DNA of 64,000 bases, taken from NCBI GenBank assembly GCA_028822445.1, contig JAPKDQ010000009.1, positions 6,501-70,500 of the forward strand, read 5' to 3'. The position numbers were made by a program, and so were the translations under genes. Below, in pieces: positions 1-8,938 of this stretch (positions are counted from its first letter, which is position 1; every line of letters begins with the position of its first letter). The DNA is from Rhodospirillaceae bacterium (GTDB lineage: Bacteria > Pseudomonadota > Alphaproteobacteria > Rhodospirillales > Rhodospirillaceae). Below the pieces are notes generated by a model. That model saw only the letters and a list, made by a program, of their open reading frames with translations, did not search any database and was not told where the DNA came from.

Positions 1-61
1 GATAAGGGGATGGTTAAGCTAAGAGCAGAGGTCTATCGATAACATTGTTATTAGCGAGTGA

Positions 62-1237
62 ATGGAGCATACCGACGTGGACCTTACTGAAAACATGAAC
101 AGCCTCGGAACGGAGACGGCCTTTGAGGTGTTGGCCCGGGCTGAACAACTCATGGCCGAGGGGCGTGACATTATCAACCTGGGTATTGGTCAACCTGATT
201 TTCGGACACCGGACCACGTCGTTGAGGCTGCTGTAAAAGCGTTGCGCGACGGGCACCATGGGTACACACCTGCGCAGGGCATTCTTCCCTTGCGGGAAGC
301 TGTGGCTGAGGACCTTCATGCTCACCACGGTGCTACCGTTAGCCCAGCGAACATAGCGATTATGCCCGGTGGTAAACCTACCATGTTCTTCGCCATCCTC
401 ATGTTTGGCGAACCAGGTTTCGAAATTATGTATCCCGACCCAGGGTTTCCCATTTACCGGTCGATGATTGAGTTTACCGGTGCCACACCTGTTCCTATTG
501 CACTGCGTATGGAAAATAATTTCGCGTTCTCAGCAGACGAAGTGTTGGAGAACATAAGTGATAAGACACGCCTTATTATCGTGAATTCTCCCGGCAATCC
601 GACTGGTGGTGTTACGCCCAAGGAAGAAGTCGATAAGCTGGTTTCTGGGCTAGCCGATTGGCCAGAAGTTGCTATTATGTCTGACGAAATCTATAGCCGC
701 ATGCTCTACGATGGGCTGGAACACGTTAGCTTTCTTAACTACCCAGAAATTCGCGACCGGCTCATCGTTTTGAACGGTTGGTCCAAGACTTACGCCATGA
801 CCGGCTGGCGCCTTGGGTTCTCGGTATGGCCGGATTCCCTCATCGAGAAGGTGGTGCGTTTGTCGGTGAATAATCATTCTTGCGTCAATGCGGCAACCCA
901 ATTTGCGGGGATAGCGGCTTTAACCGGCACACAAGATGCGGTTGACGCCATGATGATGGAATTTGATGCACGGCGGAGGATGATAGTGCCTCTCCTTAAT
1001 GAAATACCGGGCTTTCGGTGTCTAGAGCCAGGTGGTGCATTCTACGTTTTCCCGAATATTGAAGAGACCGGTCGCACGGGTAAAGAATTGCAGACTGAAA
1101 TGCTTGAGGTTGCTGGCGTTGCGGCGGTGCCTGGGAATAGCTTTGGTATTTATGGAGATGGGTTCGTCCGGTTCTCCTACGCCAACTCAACTGAAAAGAT
1201 ACGGGAAGCAATTCAGCGGGTTGGCAATCTGTTTTGA
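62..1237 (+). CDS. PLP-dependent class I/II aminotransferase (aspartate/aromatic aminotransferase-like)
   Basis: 391-aa ORF; NSPGNPTG region and LNGWSKTYAMTGWRLG motif (Schiff-base Lys in SKT) typical of fold-type I aminotransferases. Confidence 0.9.
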   Translation: MEHTDVDLTENMNSLGTETAFEVLARAEQLMAEGRDIINLGIGQPDFRTPDHVVEAAVKALRDGHHGYTPAQGILPLREAVAEDLHAHHGATVSPANIAIMPGGKPTMFFAILMFGEPGFEIMYPDPGFPIYRSMIEFTGATPVPIALRMENNFAFSADEVLENISDKTRLIIVNSPGNPTGGVTPKEEVDKLVSGLADWPEVAIMSDEIYSRMLYDGLEHVSFLNYPEIRDRLIVLNGWSKTYAMTGWRLGFSVWPDSLIEKVVRLSVNNHSCVNAATQFAGIAALTGTQDAVDAMMMEFDARRRMIVPLLNEIPGFRCLEPGGAFYVFPNIEETGRTGKELQTEMLEVAGVAAVPGNSFGIYGDGFVRFSYANSTEKIREAIQRVGNLF

Positions 1238-1336
1238 CGCATGGGCGAACGGCGGTTAAGGCTGGGGTTGTAATTTGTACCGTCGGACAAGATATTGGCA
1301 TACGAATTTCCCCTTAGTTTGGCCCTGAAGTATCCA

Positions 1337-1912
1337 ATGGACCCCGGAAAACGACGTATTATTGCTCTTGCGCTAGGGCTGCTTCTGATGCTGGCTGTCG
1401 TTGGTGCTCAAACCTTCTTCATCGGTCCGAAGCCCGAGCCTATAGATGTGGCGACCGAGGAACAGCAGGCTTTGCTCAGTGAAGTTTTTCCTGAGGCCAA
1501 TATTTTTTCCGTCAAAGGCGGCAGATTGCCCCACCATAAGGCCTACCGTGTCGACGAGAATACGGGCGAGAATATTTTGTTGGGTTTTGCCTTCATGACA
1601 CATGAGGTAGAACCGGAAGAATGGGCTTATGAAAGCGAGCTTGAGATTTTAGTCGGGTTGACCCTTGGGGGGGCAATTACGGGCATTAAAGTCGTCGATC
1701 ACTATGAACCGTTTGGCTACTTCTCAATTGACACGCCTGATTTTTCCGAGCAGTTCAAGGGCAAGAGTATACTGGATGCTTTCGAAGAAGGGCGTGATGT
1801 GGACGCAGTTTCTAGGGCAACAATTTCCATAGAAAGTGCCGCGCGTGTCATTAGAAAAAGTGCTCGCCAGATTGCACGGCAACACCTGAAGCAGGAGCGA
1901 CCTAAACCGTGA
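1337..1912 (+). CDS. Membrane-anchored FMN-binding domain protein (NosR N-terminal / RnfG-like)
   Basis: ATG at 1337 gives an N-terminal TM anchor (RRIIALALGLLLMLAVVGA). C-terminal DAVSRATIS fits the FMN_bind flavinylation site. Stop overlaps the next gene's start (GTGA at 1909-1912). ORF track maximum starts at 1295 (TTG). Confidence 0.7.
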   Translation: MDPGKRRIIALALGLLLMLAVVGAQTFFIGPKPEPIDVATEEQQALLSEVFPEANIFSVKGGRLPHHKAYRVDENTGENILLGFAFMTHEVEPEEWAYESELEILVGLTLGGAITGIKVVDHYEPFGYFSIDTPDFSEQFKGKSILDAFEEGRDVDAVSRATISIESAARVIRKSARQIARQHLKQERPKP

Positions 1913-2871
1913 CGAGGTCAGCAATTGTTATAATAGCAGCACTAGTTTGTTTTTTTACCGTGTCGGGCGTATTTGCGCAGGACGGTGCGTTGCCACTGAT
2001 TTCACTATCCGAGCTGGATGCCCTCATTGCCCAGGATAAAGAATCGCAACCTATCTTAGACCAAAGCGGGGTTGTAGATTTGGCACTTCTTGTGGCGTTC
2101 TTGTCTTTAGCCGTCTTCAGTTTTCTAAAAAAAAGCAAAACCCTTAAGTATGTCACGATGGTATCGGCCGTCGTCTACATGGGGTTCATAAAGGGCAACC
2201 TTGTTTCGGTGGTTCATCTGTTCGCCCTCATGGAATGGTCATTCCCACTCTTTCAATACAACATCACATGGTACTTACTCATGGGCTTCACGGTCGTTTC
2301 CACTGTGCTGTGGGGGCGGTTGTATTGCGGGCGAATTTGCGCCTTTGGATCGCTGACCCAATTAATGGACCGGGTTCTACCGTCGCGGTGGCGGGTTGAG
2401 CTGCCAGCTTGGATTGATAGGCGTGCCATCTACTTTAAGTACGTGCTGCTAGTTATTGTTTTGGTCTATTTCTTGATCACGAAGGACACTTTAGTCTACC
2501 GATACGTTGAACCATTCTGGATGTTCACCCTCAGTGGTTCAGTGGTGATGTGGTCTCTACTGGCCGCTCTTCTTTTGACGACAGTTTTTATTAGAAACTT
2601 CTATTGTAGGTACCTCTGCATTGTTGGTGCAGGGTTAGGCCTTCTGTCGAACTTAACGGTTTTCGGAATCAAAAGATGGCAGGAATGCAATACTTGCAAG
2701 TTGTGTGAAAAAGAATGTGAGTGGGGTGCAATTCAAGGCCCCAAGATCTCCGTTTCTGAATGTGTTAGGTGCGATGATTGCGAGATTTTGTACGATGATA
2801 AAGCGCGGTGTCCCCATTGGTTAATGATTGGAAAAAAAGAGGCCAAGCGTGAGATTCCAGACTCTCATTAA
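1909..2871 (+). CDS. Multi-TM 4Fe-4S polyferredoxin, NapH / NosR C-terminal-like
   Basis: 320 aa with several hydrophobic helices. CGRICAFG and CRYLCIVG (CX3C) motifs plus CNTCKLCEKEC and CVRCDDCE ferredoxin-type cysteine clusters. Confidence 0.8.
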   Translation: MTRSAIVIIAALVCFFTVSGVFAQDGALPLISLSELDALIAQDKESQPILDQSGVVDLALLVAFLSLAVFSFLKKSKTLKYVTMVSAVVYMGFIKGNLVSVVHLFALMEWSFPLFQYNITWYLLMGFTVVSTVLWGRLYCGRICAFGSLTQLMDRVLPSRWRVELPAWIDRRAIYFKYVLLVIVLVYFLITKDTLVYRYVEPFWMFTLSGSVVMWSLLAALLLTTVFIRNFYCRYLCIVGAGLGLLSNLTVFGIKRWQECNTCKLCEKECEWGAIQGPKISVSECVRCDDCEILYDDKARCPHWLMIGKKEAKREIPDSH

Positions 2872-3961
2872 CGTAATCTGCCTTTTGACATTTATGGTTC
2901 TGGGTTCCTGTTCGGATTCTTCTGACAAACTAAAGCGAACACGCCAGGCCTGGATGGTCATGGGGACGACGCTGGAGATCACGGTCTACAGGCCGGCCTC
3001 TGAATCGGCCCAATCGGCAGGTGACCTTGAGGCGGCTTACCAGGAAATACTCGAAATCGATGCCCGCATGAGCCTCTACCGCCCGAATAGTGAGTTGGTT
3101 CAACTCAATACCCGCGCCGGGAAGGGGGGCGTCACGGTGAGTGAGAAAACGTTAAATGTACTTAGAGCCGCGAACCACTTTTCGAACCTGTCAGACTTAG
3201 CATTCGATATAAGTGTCAAGCCGTTGATTGACCTCTGGGGCTTCTATGATGTCGCGACCGCATCTGTTCCAGAGCGAGCAGAAATTGAGGCGGTTCAAAA
3301 TCAGATTGGGTTTGGGAGCGTTGAGTATAATGAATACACCCGCCTGGTCACGCTTGAAGCAGGTGCTGGCATAGATCTCGGTGCTATAGCGAAGGGGTAC
3401 GCGGTCGACATGGCAATCTCTGTGTTACGAAGCCGCAGTGTCCCGTCTGCTTTGGTTAATCTCGGTGGCAATGTCGGTGTGTTAGGGCTTGCTCCAGGGG
3501 GCAAGCCGTGGGTGGTCGGTATTCGCCACCCGCGTAGCGATAAACTGATCAGCATGGTCAGTTTAACCGAGGGTGCGGTCGCGACATCCGGAGATTACGA
3601 CCGTTACTTCGAGGTGGATGGTCAGCGATACAGTCACTTACTTAACCCCCGCACGGGCTATCCCGTTGATGGGTTGTATTCCCTCTCAGTTGTAGCCTCC
3701 AATGCCATAACAGCCGATGCATTATCCACAGCTGCATTTATTCTTGGCCCCGAGGTTGGCGCAAAGTTGCTCTCTGATTGCTTAGGTGTTGAAGGATTGT
3801 TTGTTGAAGTCGGCGACGGTTCAGAGGGCCTTTTAGCGACCATCACGGATGGTCCCGCTGGCGCCGTGTTTGAGTTGGGTGCGGGCATATCTGGCATGTC
3901 TCCGCGAGGTTCCACCTCGGAGGTTGAAACGCTACGCCTAGATTGTCTCTGGCCGTCCTGA
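2828..3961 (+). CDS. apbE: FAD:protein FMN transferase ApbE (lipoprotein-type signal)
   Basis: GAIAKGYAVD and ATSGDYDRYF...HLLNPRTGYP motifs of the ApbE family. N-terminus has lipobox-like LGSC. Start is TTG 2828 or GTG 2849; both overlap the 3' end of the previous gene. Confidence 0.85.
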   Translation: MEKKRPSVRFQTLINVICLLTFMVLGSCSDSSDKLKRTRQAWMVMGTTLEITVYRPASESAQSAGDLEAAYQEILEIDARMSLYRPNSELVQLNTRAGKGGVTVSEKTLNVLRAANHFSNLSDLAFDISVKPLIDLWGFYDVATASVPERAEIEAVQNQIGFGSVEYNEYTRLVTLEAGAGIDLGAIAKGYAVDMAISVLRSRSVPSALVNLGGNVGVLGLAPGGKPWVVGIRHPRSDKLISMVSLTEGAVATSGDYDRYFEVDGQRYSHLLNPRTGYPVDGLYSLSVVASNAITADALSTAAFILGPEVGAKLLSDCLGVEGLFVEVGDGSEGLLATITDGPAGAVFELGAGISGMSPRGSTSEVETLRLDCLWPS

Positions 3962-3968
3962 CGCGACA

Positions 3969-5513
3969 CTAGGGGAGCTCTGCTGCATCCGTTAATTCTT
4001 GTGTTGCTTTCTTAAGTCCACTCACTGATTTTGTGCGGTTAGGTGTTCGTAATAGAGATTGTTCGAATTGTTCTGCCGCCTCGCTCATACGACCGGCCGC
4101 TAACAAGAATTCACCGTACATCTCAAAGGACGGCTTCACCGGCAGTGGCGGGCCCGATGGGGCATTGAGGGTAGCCTCTATCGCAACGGCGTTCTTTAGG
4201 AGCTCTTCCGCAGCAATCATATCGTTTTGAGCTGTAGCGATGGCAGCTTGGACTTCAAGTTCCGATATGGTGATTATTTTTGCGCGATAGACTCCATTCT
4301 GTTGCCCCCTTGTGTTTTCGTGCAGGGCTTTAAGATGTGTGGCAGCGTTATTAGCTTTCTCTAGGTCCCCGCGTTTTGCAGCACTAAGACCAAGAGCAAA
4401 CTGTAAATCGAGATGTTTATAATTTTTCTTTTCCGATGATAAGCCTGCTAGTTCGGTCCAGTTCTCAGTCTCTACAACGTAGCGTGCAAGCATCGCCATC
4501 GCACCGTTGTGAACTCTGCGCGTGGGGGAGTCTTTTTCTGTTTTTTTTGCGAGCTCAAGCGCCGCTTTTGCTTCGGTGAAGTTGCCAAGTTGCGTGTACC
4601 CATACAGGAGCCACGACAGGGAATGGAATTCGGACCGACCGCGTTCCATGTTATTTTTTAAAGCAACTTTTTCCGCAGCCTCATAAGATTTGATATTGGA
4701 GGATACGACGTCTTCCCACATGCCTAGTTGCACAAAAATGTGAGATGGCATGTGAAGGGCGTGAGGTGCACCCGGTGCTATTCCCGCATAGGTGCGGGCT
4801 GCTGGTAGGGCTAAGACTGCATGCTCCGGATCATCGAGTGCATGAATGATAAAGTGTGCGGCTCCAGGGTGATTTGGGTTCTTCGTGAGAACGGATTGAG
4901 CAATCGCCGCAGCATGCATCTGTCGGCCAACCCCTTTATCACCTTGCCGCACAGTACCGAGTATAGAGAGTGAGTAAAGGGCAGCAACTTCATTATCATC
5001 AGGGTAGGCTTGGTGCAGGTTCTTCATGGCCTCAGAATATGCAATATCCCGTCTTAACTTGTTTCCGTTTCCAAACAGCGTATCGACAGCACTCATTAGG
5101 CCGCGTTGAATACCGGCTGGCGTTTTTATCTGCCTAGCTTCAGGCGAAGGCGCGAATTTATTGAGAACTGAAAGCGCGGTTCCAGGGTCTGTCTCCTGCC
5201 AAAGGGCATGGTTGTAGCTTATCGCCTCGCCCCAATACGCCAAGGCGAAACCTGGATCCGTTGCTTGAGCAATACGGAAGGCATCTGCGGCCTCGTTAAA
5301 TTCAAAACTATAAAGCGCCTTGACGCCTGTCAGAAAAGCTTGCTGAGCGTCTTGTGCTCCATCGTTGGGGAAGTCGATGGTTCCAAGGTCATTACGGATG
5401 AGCATGGGTTGCGCAGCGGAAGCTGTTTCTGCTCCAACTTGCGGGCAAACTGAGGGTCCAACTAAGGCTACTGTTGCAACGAACACGCGCAGCCCAATGG
5501 TGTACCGATTCAT
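3969..5513 (-). CDS. Secreted TPR-like helical repeat protein of unknown function
   Basis: 514 aa with an N-terminal signal-like segment (VFVATVALVGPSV...GAETASA). Helical-repeat-like composition and His-rich motifs HFIIHALDDPEH and HALHMPSH. Convergent with apbE. Confidence 0.55.
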   Translation of the reverse strand: MNRYTIGLRVFVATVALVGPSVCPQVGAETASAAQPMLIRNDLGTIDFPNDGAQDAQQAFLTGVKALYSFEFNEAADAFRIAQATDPGFALAYWGEAISYNHALWQETDPGTALSVLNKFAPSPEARQIKTPAGIQRGLMSAVDTLFGNGNKLRRDIAYSEAMKNLHQAYPDDNEVAALYSLSILGTVRQGDKGVGRQMHAAAIAQSVLTKNPNHPGAAHFIIHALDDPEHAVLALPAARTYAGIAPGAPHALHMPSHIFVQLGMWEDVVSSNIKSYEAAEKVALKNNMERGRSEFHSLSWLLYGYTQLGNFTEAKAALELAKKTEKDSPTRRVHNGAMAMLARYVVETENWTELAGLSSEKKNYKHLDLQFALGLSAAKRGDLEKANNAATHLKALHENTRGQQNGVYRAKIITISELEVQAAIATAQNDMIAAEELLKNAVAIEATLNAPSGPPLPVKPSFEMYGEFLLAAGRMSEAAEQFEQSLLRTPNRTKSVSGLKKATQELTDAAELP

Positions 5514-5582
5514 TTGCCTTCTCCGCCAACCTTATTGTTAGGATTAGACTAGGCTTTTATGACGTTTGGACCAAAGGTTTCA

Positions 5583-5891
5583 TTAGTGGAATGATTTTCT
5601 TTTCTGCCCGCTGACACCGACGATTTCAGTGTTCAGGGCGGTTTTATCGGGAGAACTTAAGCCTATTGCGCCTGTATCCGGCATGACACGACCGTACCCA
5701 AGGGAACAGTCTCGTTTCTTAGTGGCCTGAATGCCTTGCTGTATCTCATCTAAAGTAACTTTAGCCGCTAAGAATATTCCGGCACGATACGCACGATTTA
5801 AAACTCTTCCGAGCTGTGATTTATTCAGGGCCGATAGGTAGGCAATGCCGACAGCGCTAGCTAGAATCGGTGCCATCAATCCATCTTGCAA
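5583..5891 (-). pseudogene. Possible relic of an IclR-family effector-binding domain (no HTH, truncated both ends)
   Basis: The 102-aa ORF resembles the middle of IclR C-terminal domains (PILASAVGIAYLSAL...; GYGRVMPDTGAIGL...IVGVSG). The frame is closed by TGA a few codons upstream, and the flanks are too short to hold the missing HTH or C-terminus. Confidence 0.3.
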
Positions 5892-6055
5892 AGCTAAGGA
5901 AATCGAGAATTTGCTCAGTCACAAATAGTGGGTGCTTCTTAAACCATAGGGACCTTTATGCATATTTCGGTTATATGACAATTCTGTGCGTATAGAAGTA
6001 ATTAAGTTGCTCTTCGACCTTGATTAGAGGTCCAGCCGGCGGCACTGTAATATTT

Positions 6056-6733
6056 ATGCAAGAGTCTACCGTCCCACAGTTCATCATCTTAGAGGTGTCG
6101 TCTGCGTTTAGTGGAGCTCTGCTTTCCTATGCGACGGTAATAGAGAGAGTACTTAAAGATTATTGTGGCATTCTTGTGCTCGCTGCTGCTGCTGACAAGG
6201 CTGAGGTTTTGGAAGAGGGAAGTACGGCCCACGCCGTTGTCGTAATCAAATTCCCATCTGATGAGGTTGCGGCCGCTTTTTGGTCTAGCCCAGAAAATCA
6301 GGAGATGTTCGCGCAAGTGTTTTCAGATGGCGGCGTTCTGCATGTCATTTCTGTGCCCGGCATTCCCGAAGTAGGGTTGCCAGATGAGCCGCTTCCTACT
6401 GTGGCTAACGTTAAAGTGCCTAAGAGCACCGGCCCCAAAGCCTTTATGCTGGTTCAGGGAACCGTGAGTGACCCGGGGCCCGTCAGCGCTTATATGGAGA
6501 CGATTATTCCAATGATTATCGAGCGCGGCGGAGTTTACCGGGCTTGGGCTTCGCCCGAAGGACCGGTAGTGCTCGCTGGTGAGTGGCAGCCTCAGTACCT
6601 TGTTCTGTCTGAGTGGCCGTCCATCAGAGAACCACGGGATTTCTGGTATTCAGACACCTATCAAAACATCGCTATTCCGACCCGAAGACCTGCATCGGAA
6701 TTTACTGTTTTATTATTTGAGGCCGCGCCATGA
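6056..6733 (+). CDS. Tandem DUF1330-domain protein (two fused Dabb-like domains)
   Basis: Two halves each end in a DUF1330-like signature (VVVIKFPSDEVAAAFWSSPENQ and LVLSEWPSIREPRDFWYSDTYQ). ATG at 6056. Stop overlaps the next start (ATGA at 6730-6733). Confidence 0.7.
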   Translation: MQESTVPQFIILEVSSAFSGALLSYATVIERVLKDYCGILVLAAAADKAEVLEEGSTAHAVVVIKFPSDEVAAAFWSSPENQEMFAQVFSDGGVLHVISVPGIPEVGLPDEPLPTVANVKVPKSTGPKAFMLVQGTVSDPGPVSAYMETIIPMIIERGGVYRAWASPEGPVVLAGEWQPQYLVLSEWPSIREPRDFWYSDTYQNIAIPTRRPASEFTVLLFEAAP

Positions 6734-7218
6734 AACGTCGAACCTTCTTAGCTAGCACAAGTGTTCTGGCCATCGCCATGATGGCGCGGCCGCGGCGATT
6801 GGCCCTTGCCAGCGAACGGCTGACGGATGCCCACACGACAACATTGCTGCGCATGGTGAAAGATATCTTTCCGCATGACATGCTAAATGATGATCCGTAC
6901 CTGGCTGTGGTATCTCAGCTTAAGGGGGCCGCAGCCGATCCAGATATGTCCGGTATGCTGGTGAGCGGATTGGCAGGCTTGGACGCAGTTAGTGAAGGCC
7001 CGTGGGCTGACCGCGATAGTGGGCAGCGGGTCAGTGACCTCAAGGCCATAGAAGCAACACCGTTCTTTATTACCGTGCGGGTCTCTGCGCTGTTCGGATT
7101 ATACGGTAACCCCGAGATTTGGCCTGCCTTCGGATACGAGGGTGCGTCCTATGAGCAAGGGGGCTACCTGTTTCGTGGTTTCGATGATTTGGGTTGGTTA
7201 CCGGAGCCATTGTCATGA
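6730..7218 (+). CDS. Gluconate 2-dehydrogenase subunit 3-family small subunit (Tat signal)
   Basis: Twin-arginine motif KRRTFLAS at the N-terminus. 162 aa, lying directly upstream of and overlapping a GMC oxidoreductase gene, as in membrane/periplasmic GMC dehydrogenases. Confidence 0.7.
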   Translation: MKRRTFLASTSVLAIAMMARPRRLALASERLTDAHTTTLLRMVKDIFPHDMLNDDPYLAVVSQLKGAAADPDMSGMLVSGLAGLDAVSEGPWADRDSGQRVSDLKAIEATPFFITVRVSALFGLYGNPEIWPAFGYEGASYEQGGYLFRGFDDLGWLPEPLS

Positions 7219-8783
7219 GCAATTTTGATTACTATGACGACAGTATCGTAGTCGTAATTGGGTCTGGTGCTGGCGGCGCGACCGTTGCCCACGAACTTTG
7301 TGAGAAGGGCATTAAGGTCGTTGTGCTCGAAGCGGGGCCTCGCTTTACCGTTGATGACTTTCATAACAATGAACTCGCGGCCTACCAACAATTAACCTGG
7401 GCGGATAAGCGTTACGCCACTGGGGATTGGCCAGCCGCGACACTGGCTGCCGAGGGCCCTAACTGGATTGTTAAAGCGGTTGGTGGATCGACGATCCATT
7501 GGAATGGCCTCAGTTTTCGTGCACAGCCACACGAGTTCCAGGCGAGAACGGTTTATGGGGATGTCGATGGTGCCTCGTTGGCGGATTGGCCGATCACCTA
7601 TGACGATCTCGACACCTACTACAGTCGAGCGGAAGACAAAATGGGTGTGACCGGAACCCACGGTATTGAACGGCACCCGCCTAACAACAATTACAAGGTG
7701 CTCTACAACGGTGCGAAGCGTATTGGGTACACGCAAATTTCGAATGCGCGTCAGGCCATCAATTCCGAATTTCGTGATGGACGTGGTGCTTGCATCCAAA
7801 TGGGCTTTTGTAACCAGGGCTGCAAGATGGGAGCGAAGTGGTCCACGTTGTATTCTGAGATTCCCAAAGCTGAAGAAACTGGAAACCTAGATCTGCGCAG
7901 TGGCTGCATGGTTCTCCGCATCGAGCACGATAAAACTGGTAAGGCGAACGGTGTTGTTTATGTCGATAGTGATGGTGTTGAGCACCGCCAGAGTGCGCGC
8001 GTTGTGTGTGTTGCAGGCAATTCCATAGAAACACCAAGGCTCTTGCTGAATTCAAATTCATCCATGTTCCCTGATGGATTAGGAAATTCGTCTGGTGAAG
8101 TAGGCCGCAACTATACGCACCATGTCGGTGCTATCGTATTCGGTGAGTTTGATAAGCCGGTGAATATGCATCGCGGCATTACAGTTCCAGGGACGGTCTT
8201 TGATGAAGCCCGGTCTGATCCCTCCCGTGGTTTCGCGGGCGGATATCTCATTGAAGCGGTTAGCCTTGGGCTGACCAACTTAGCCGTCGTTGGTGATGCC
8301 TCTGGGTGGGGTACAGACTACGCGTCTTTCCTAGAGAAGTATTCGCATCTCGCCGGTGTGTTGCTCAACGGCGAGGACATGCCTCGCTCTCAAAACGGCG
8401 TGACACTCCATGATACGGAACGCGATAAATATGGATTACCGATACCGGTCGTCCACGTTGAAGAACATGCGAACGACCATGCCATGTCAAAGCACTTCAA
8501 GGGGCAGGCAGAAGCTCTGTTGGGCGCTGTTGGCGCGAAGAAGATGCATCACATTGTTACAGCGGCCGCCACACACAACATGGGCACCTGTCGCATGAGT
8601 GCTGATGCAGGTGACGGTGTGGTTAACGGCTTTGGCCGAACCCACGACGTGCCTAATTTGTTTGTATCAGACGGCAGTCAATTCACCACGGCCACGGCAG
8701 AAAACCCAACACTCACGATTGTGGCACTTGCCATACGCCAGGCGGAACACATTGCAGCGGAGTTGAGCGCGAAGAACCTTTAG
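7215..8783 (+). CDS. GMC-family FAD oxidoreductase, large subunit
   Basis: FAD fold VVVIGSGAGGATVAHELCEKGIKVVVLEAG. C-terminal HNMGTCRM and PNLFVSDGS motifs. ATG 7215 overlaps the upstream stop (ATGA). Confidence 0.9.
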   Translation: MSNFDYYDDSIVVVIGSGAGGATVAHELCEKGIKVVVLEAGPRFTVDDFHNNELAAYQQLTWADKRYATGDWPAATLAAEGPNWIVKAVGGSTIHWNGLSFRAQPHEFQARTVYGDVDGASLADWPITYDDLDTYYSRAEDKMGVTGTHGIERHPPNNNYKVLYNGAKRIGYTQISNARQAINSEFRDGRGACIQMGFCNQGCKMGAKWSTLYSEIPKAEETGNLDLRSGCMVLRIEHDKTGKANGVVYVDSDGVEHRQSARVVCVAGNSIETPRLLLNSNSSMFPDGLGNSSGEVGRNYTHHVGAIVFGEFDKPVNMHRGITVPGTVFDEARSDPSRGFAGGYLIEAVSLGLTNLAVVGDASGWGTDYASFLEKYSHLAGVLLNGEDMPRSQNGVTLHDTERDKYGLPIPVVHVEEHANDHAMSKHFKGQAEALLGAVGAKKMHHIVTAAATHNMGTCRMSADAGDGVVNGFGRTHDVPNLFVSDGSQFTTATAENPTLTIVALAIRQAEHIAAELSAKNL

Positions 8784-8938
8784 GTGCCTAGGAAGTCTCG
8801 AATAACTTTGGCGCAGGCTTCTGGTTGTTTGTAGAAAAGCGATGTGTCTCCATTAGCGATTTTTATGTGGGTGCTATTTGGCATCTGCCTGTGCTGAGCG
8901 GCGAGATCGCCGCTAAGAAGGCCTAGCGGAGGGGCGCC
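8780..8938 (-). pseudogene. Possible C-terminal relic of an alpha/beta hydrolase
   Basis: Hand translation of the minus strand gives GAPPLGLLSGDLAAQHRQMPNSTHIKIANGDTSLFYKQPEACAKVIRDFLGT-stop. This resembles alpha/beta-hydrolase C-termini (..P.A.l..i.gaGH....E.PE.f...i..FL) with Asp where the catalytic His is expected. No upstream remainder: it starts right after the VOC gene stop, in the same frame. Confidence 0.3.

Noticed and set aside
7392-7799. 135-aa ORF antisense to the GMC large subunit
   Set aside because: Shadow ORF within a confidently assigned gene.
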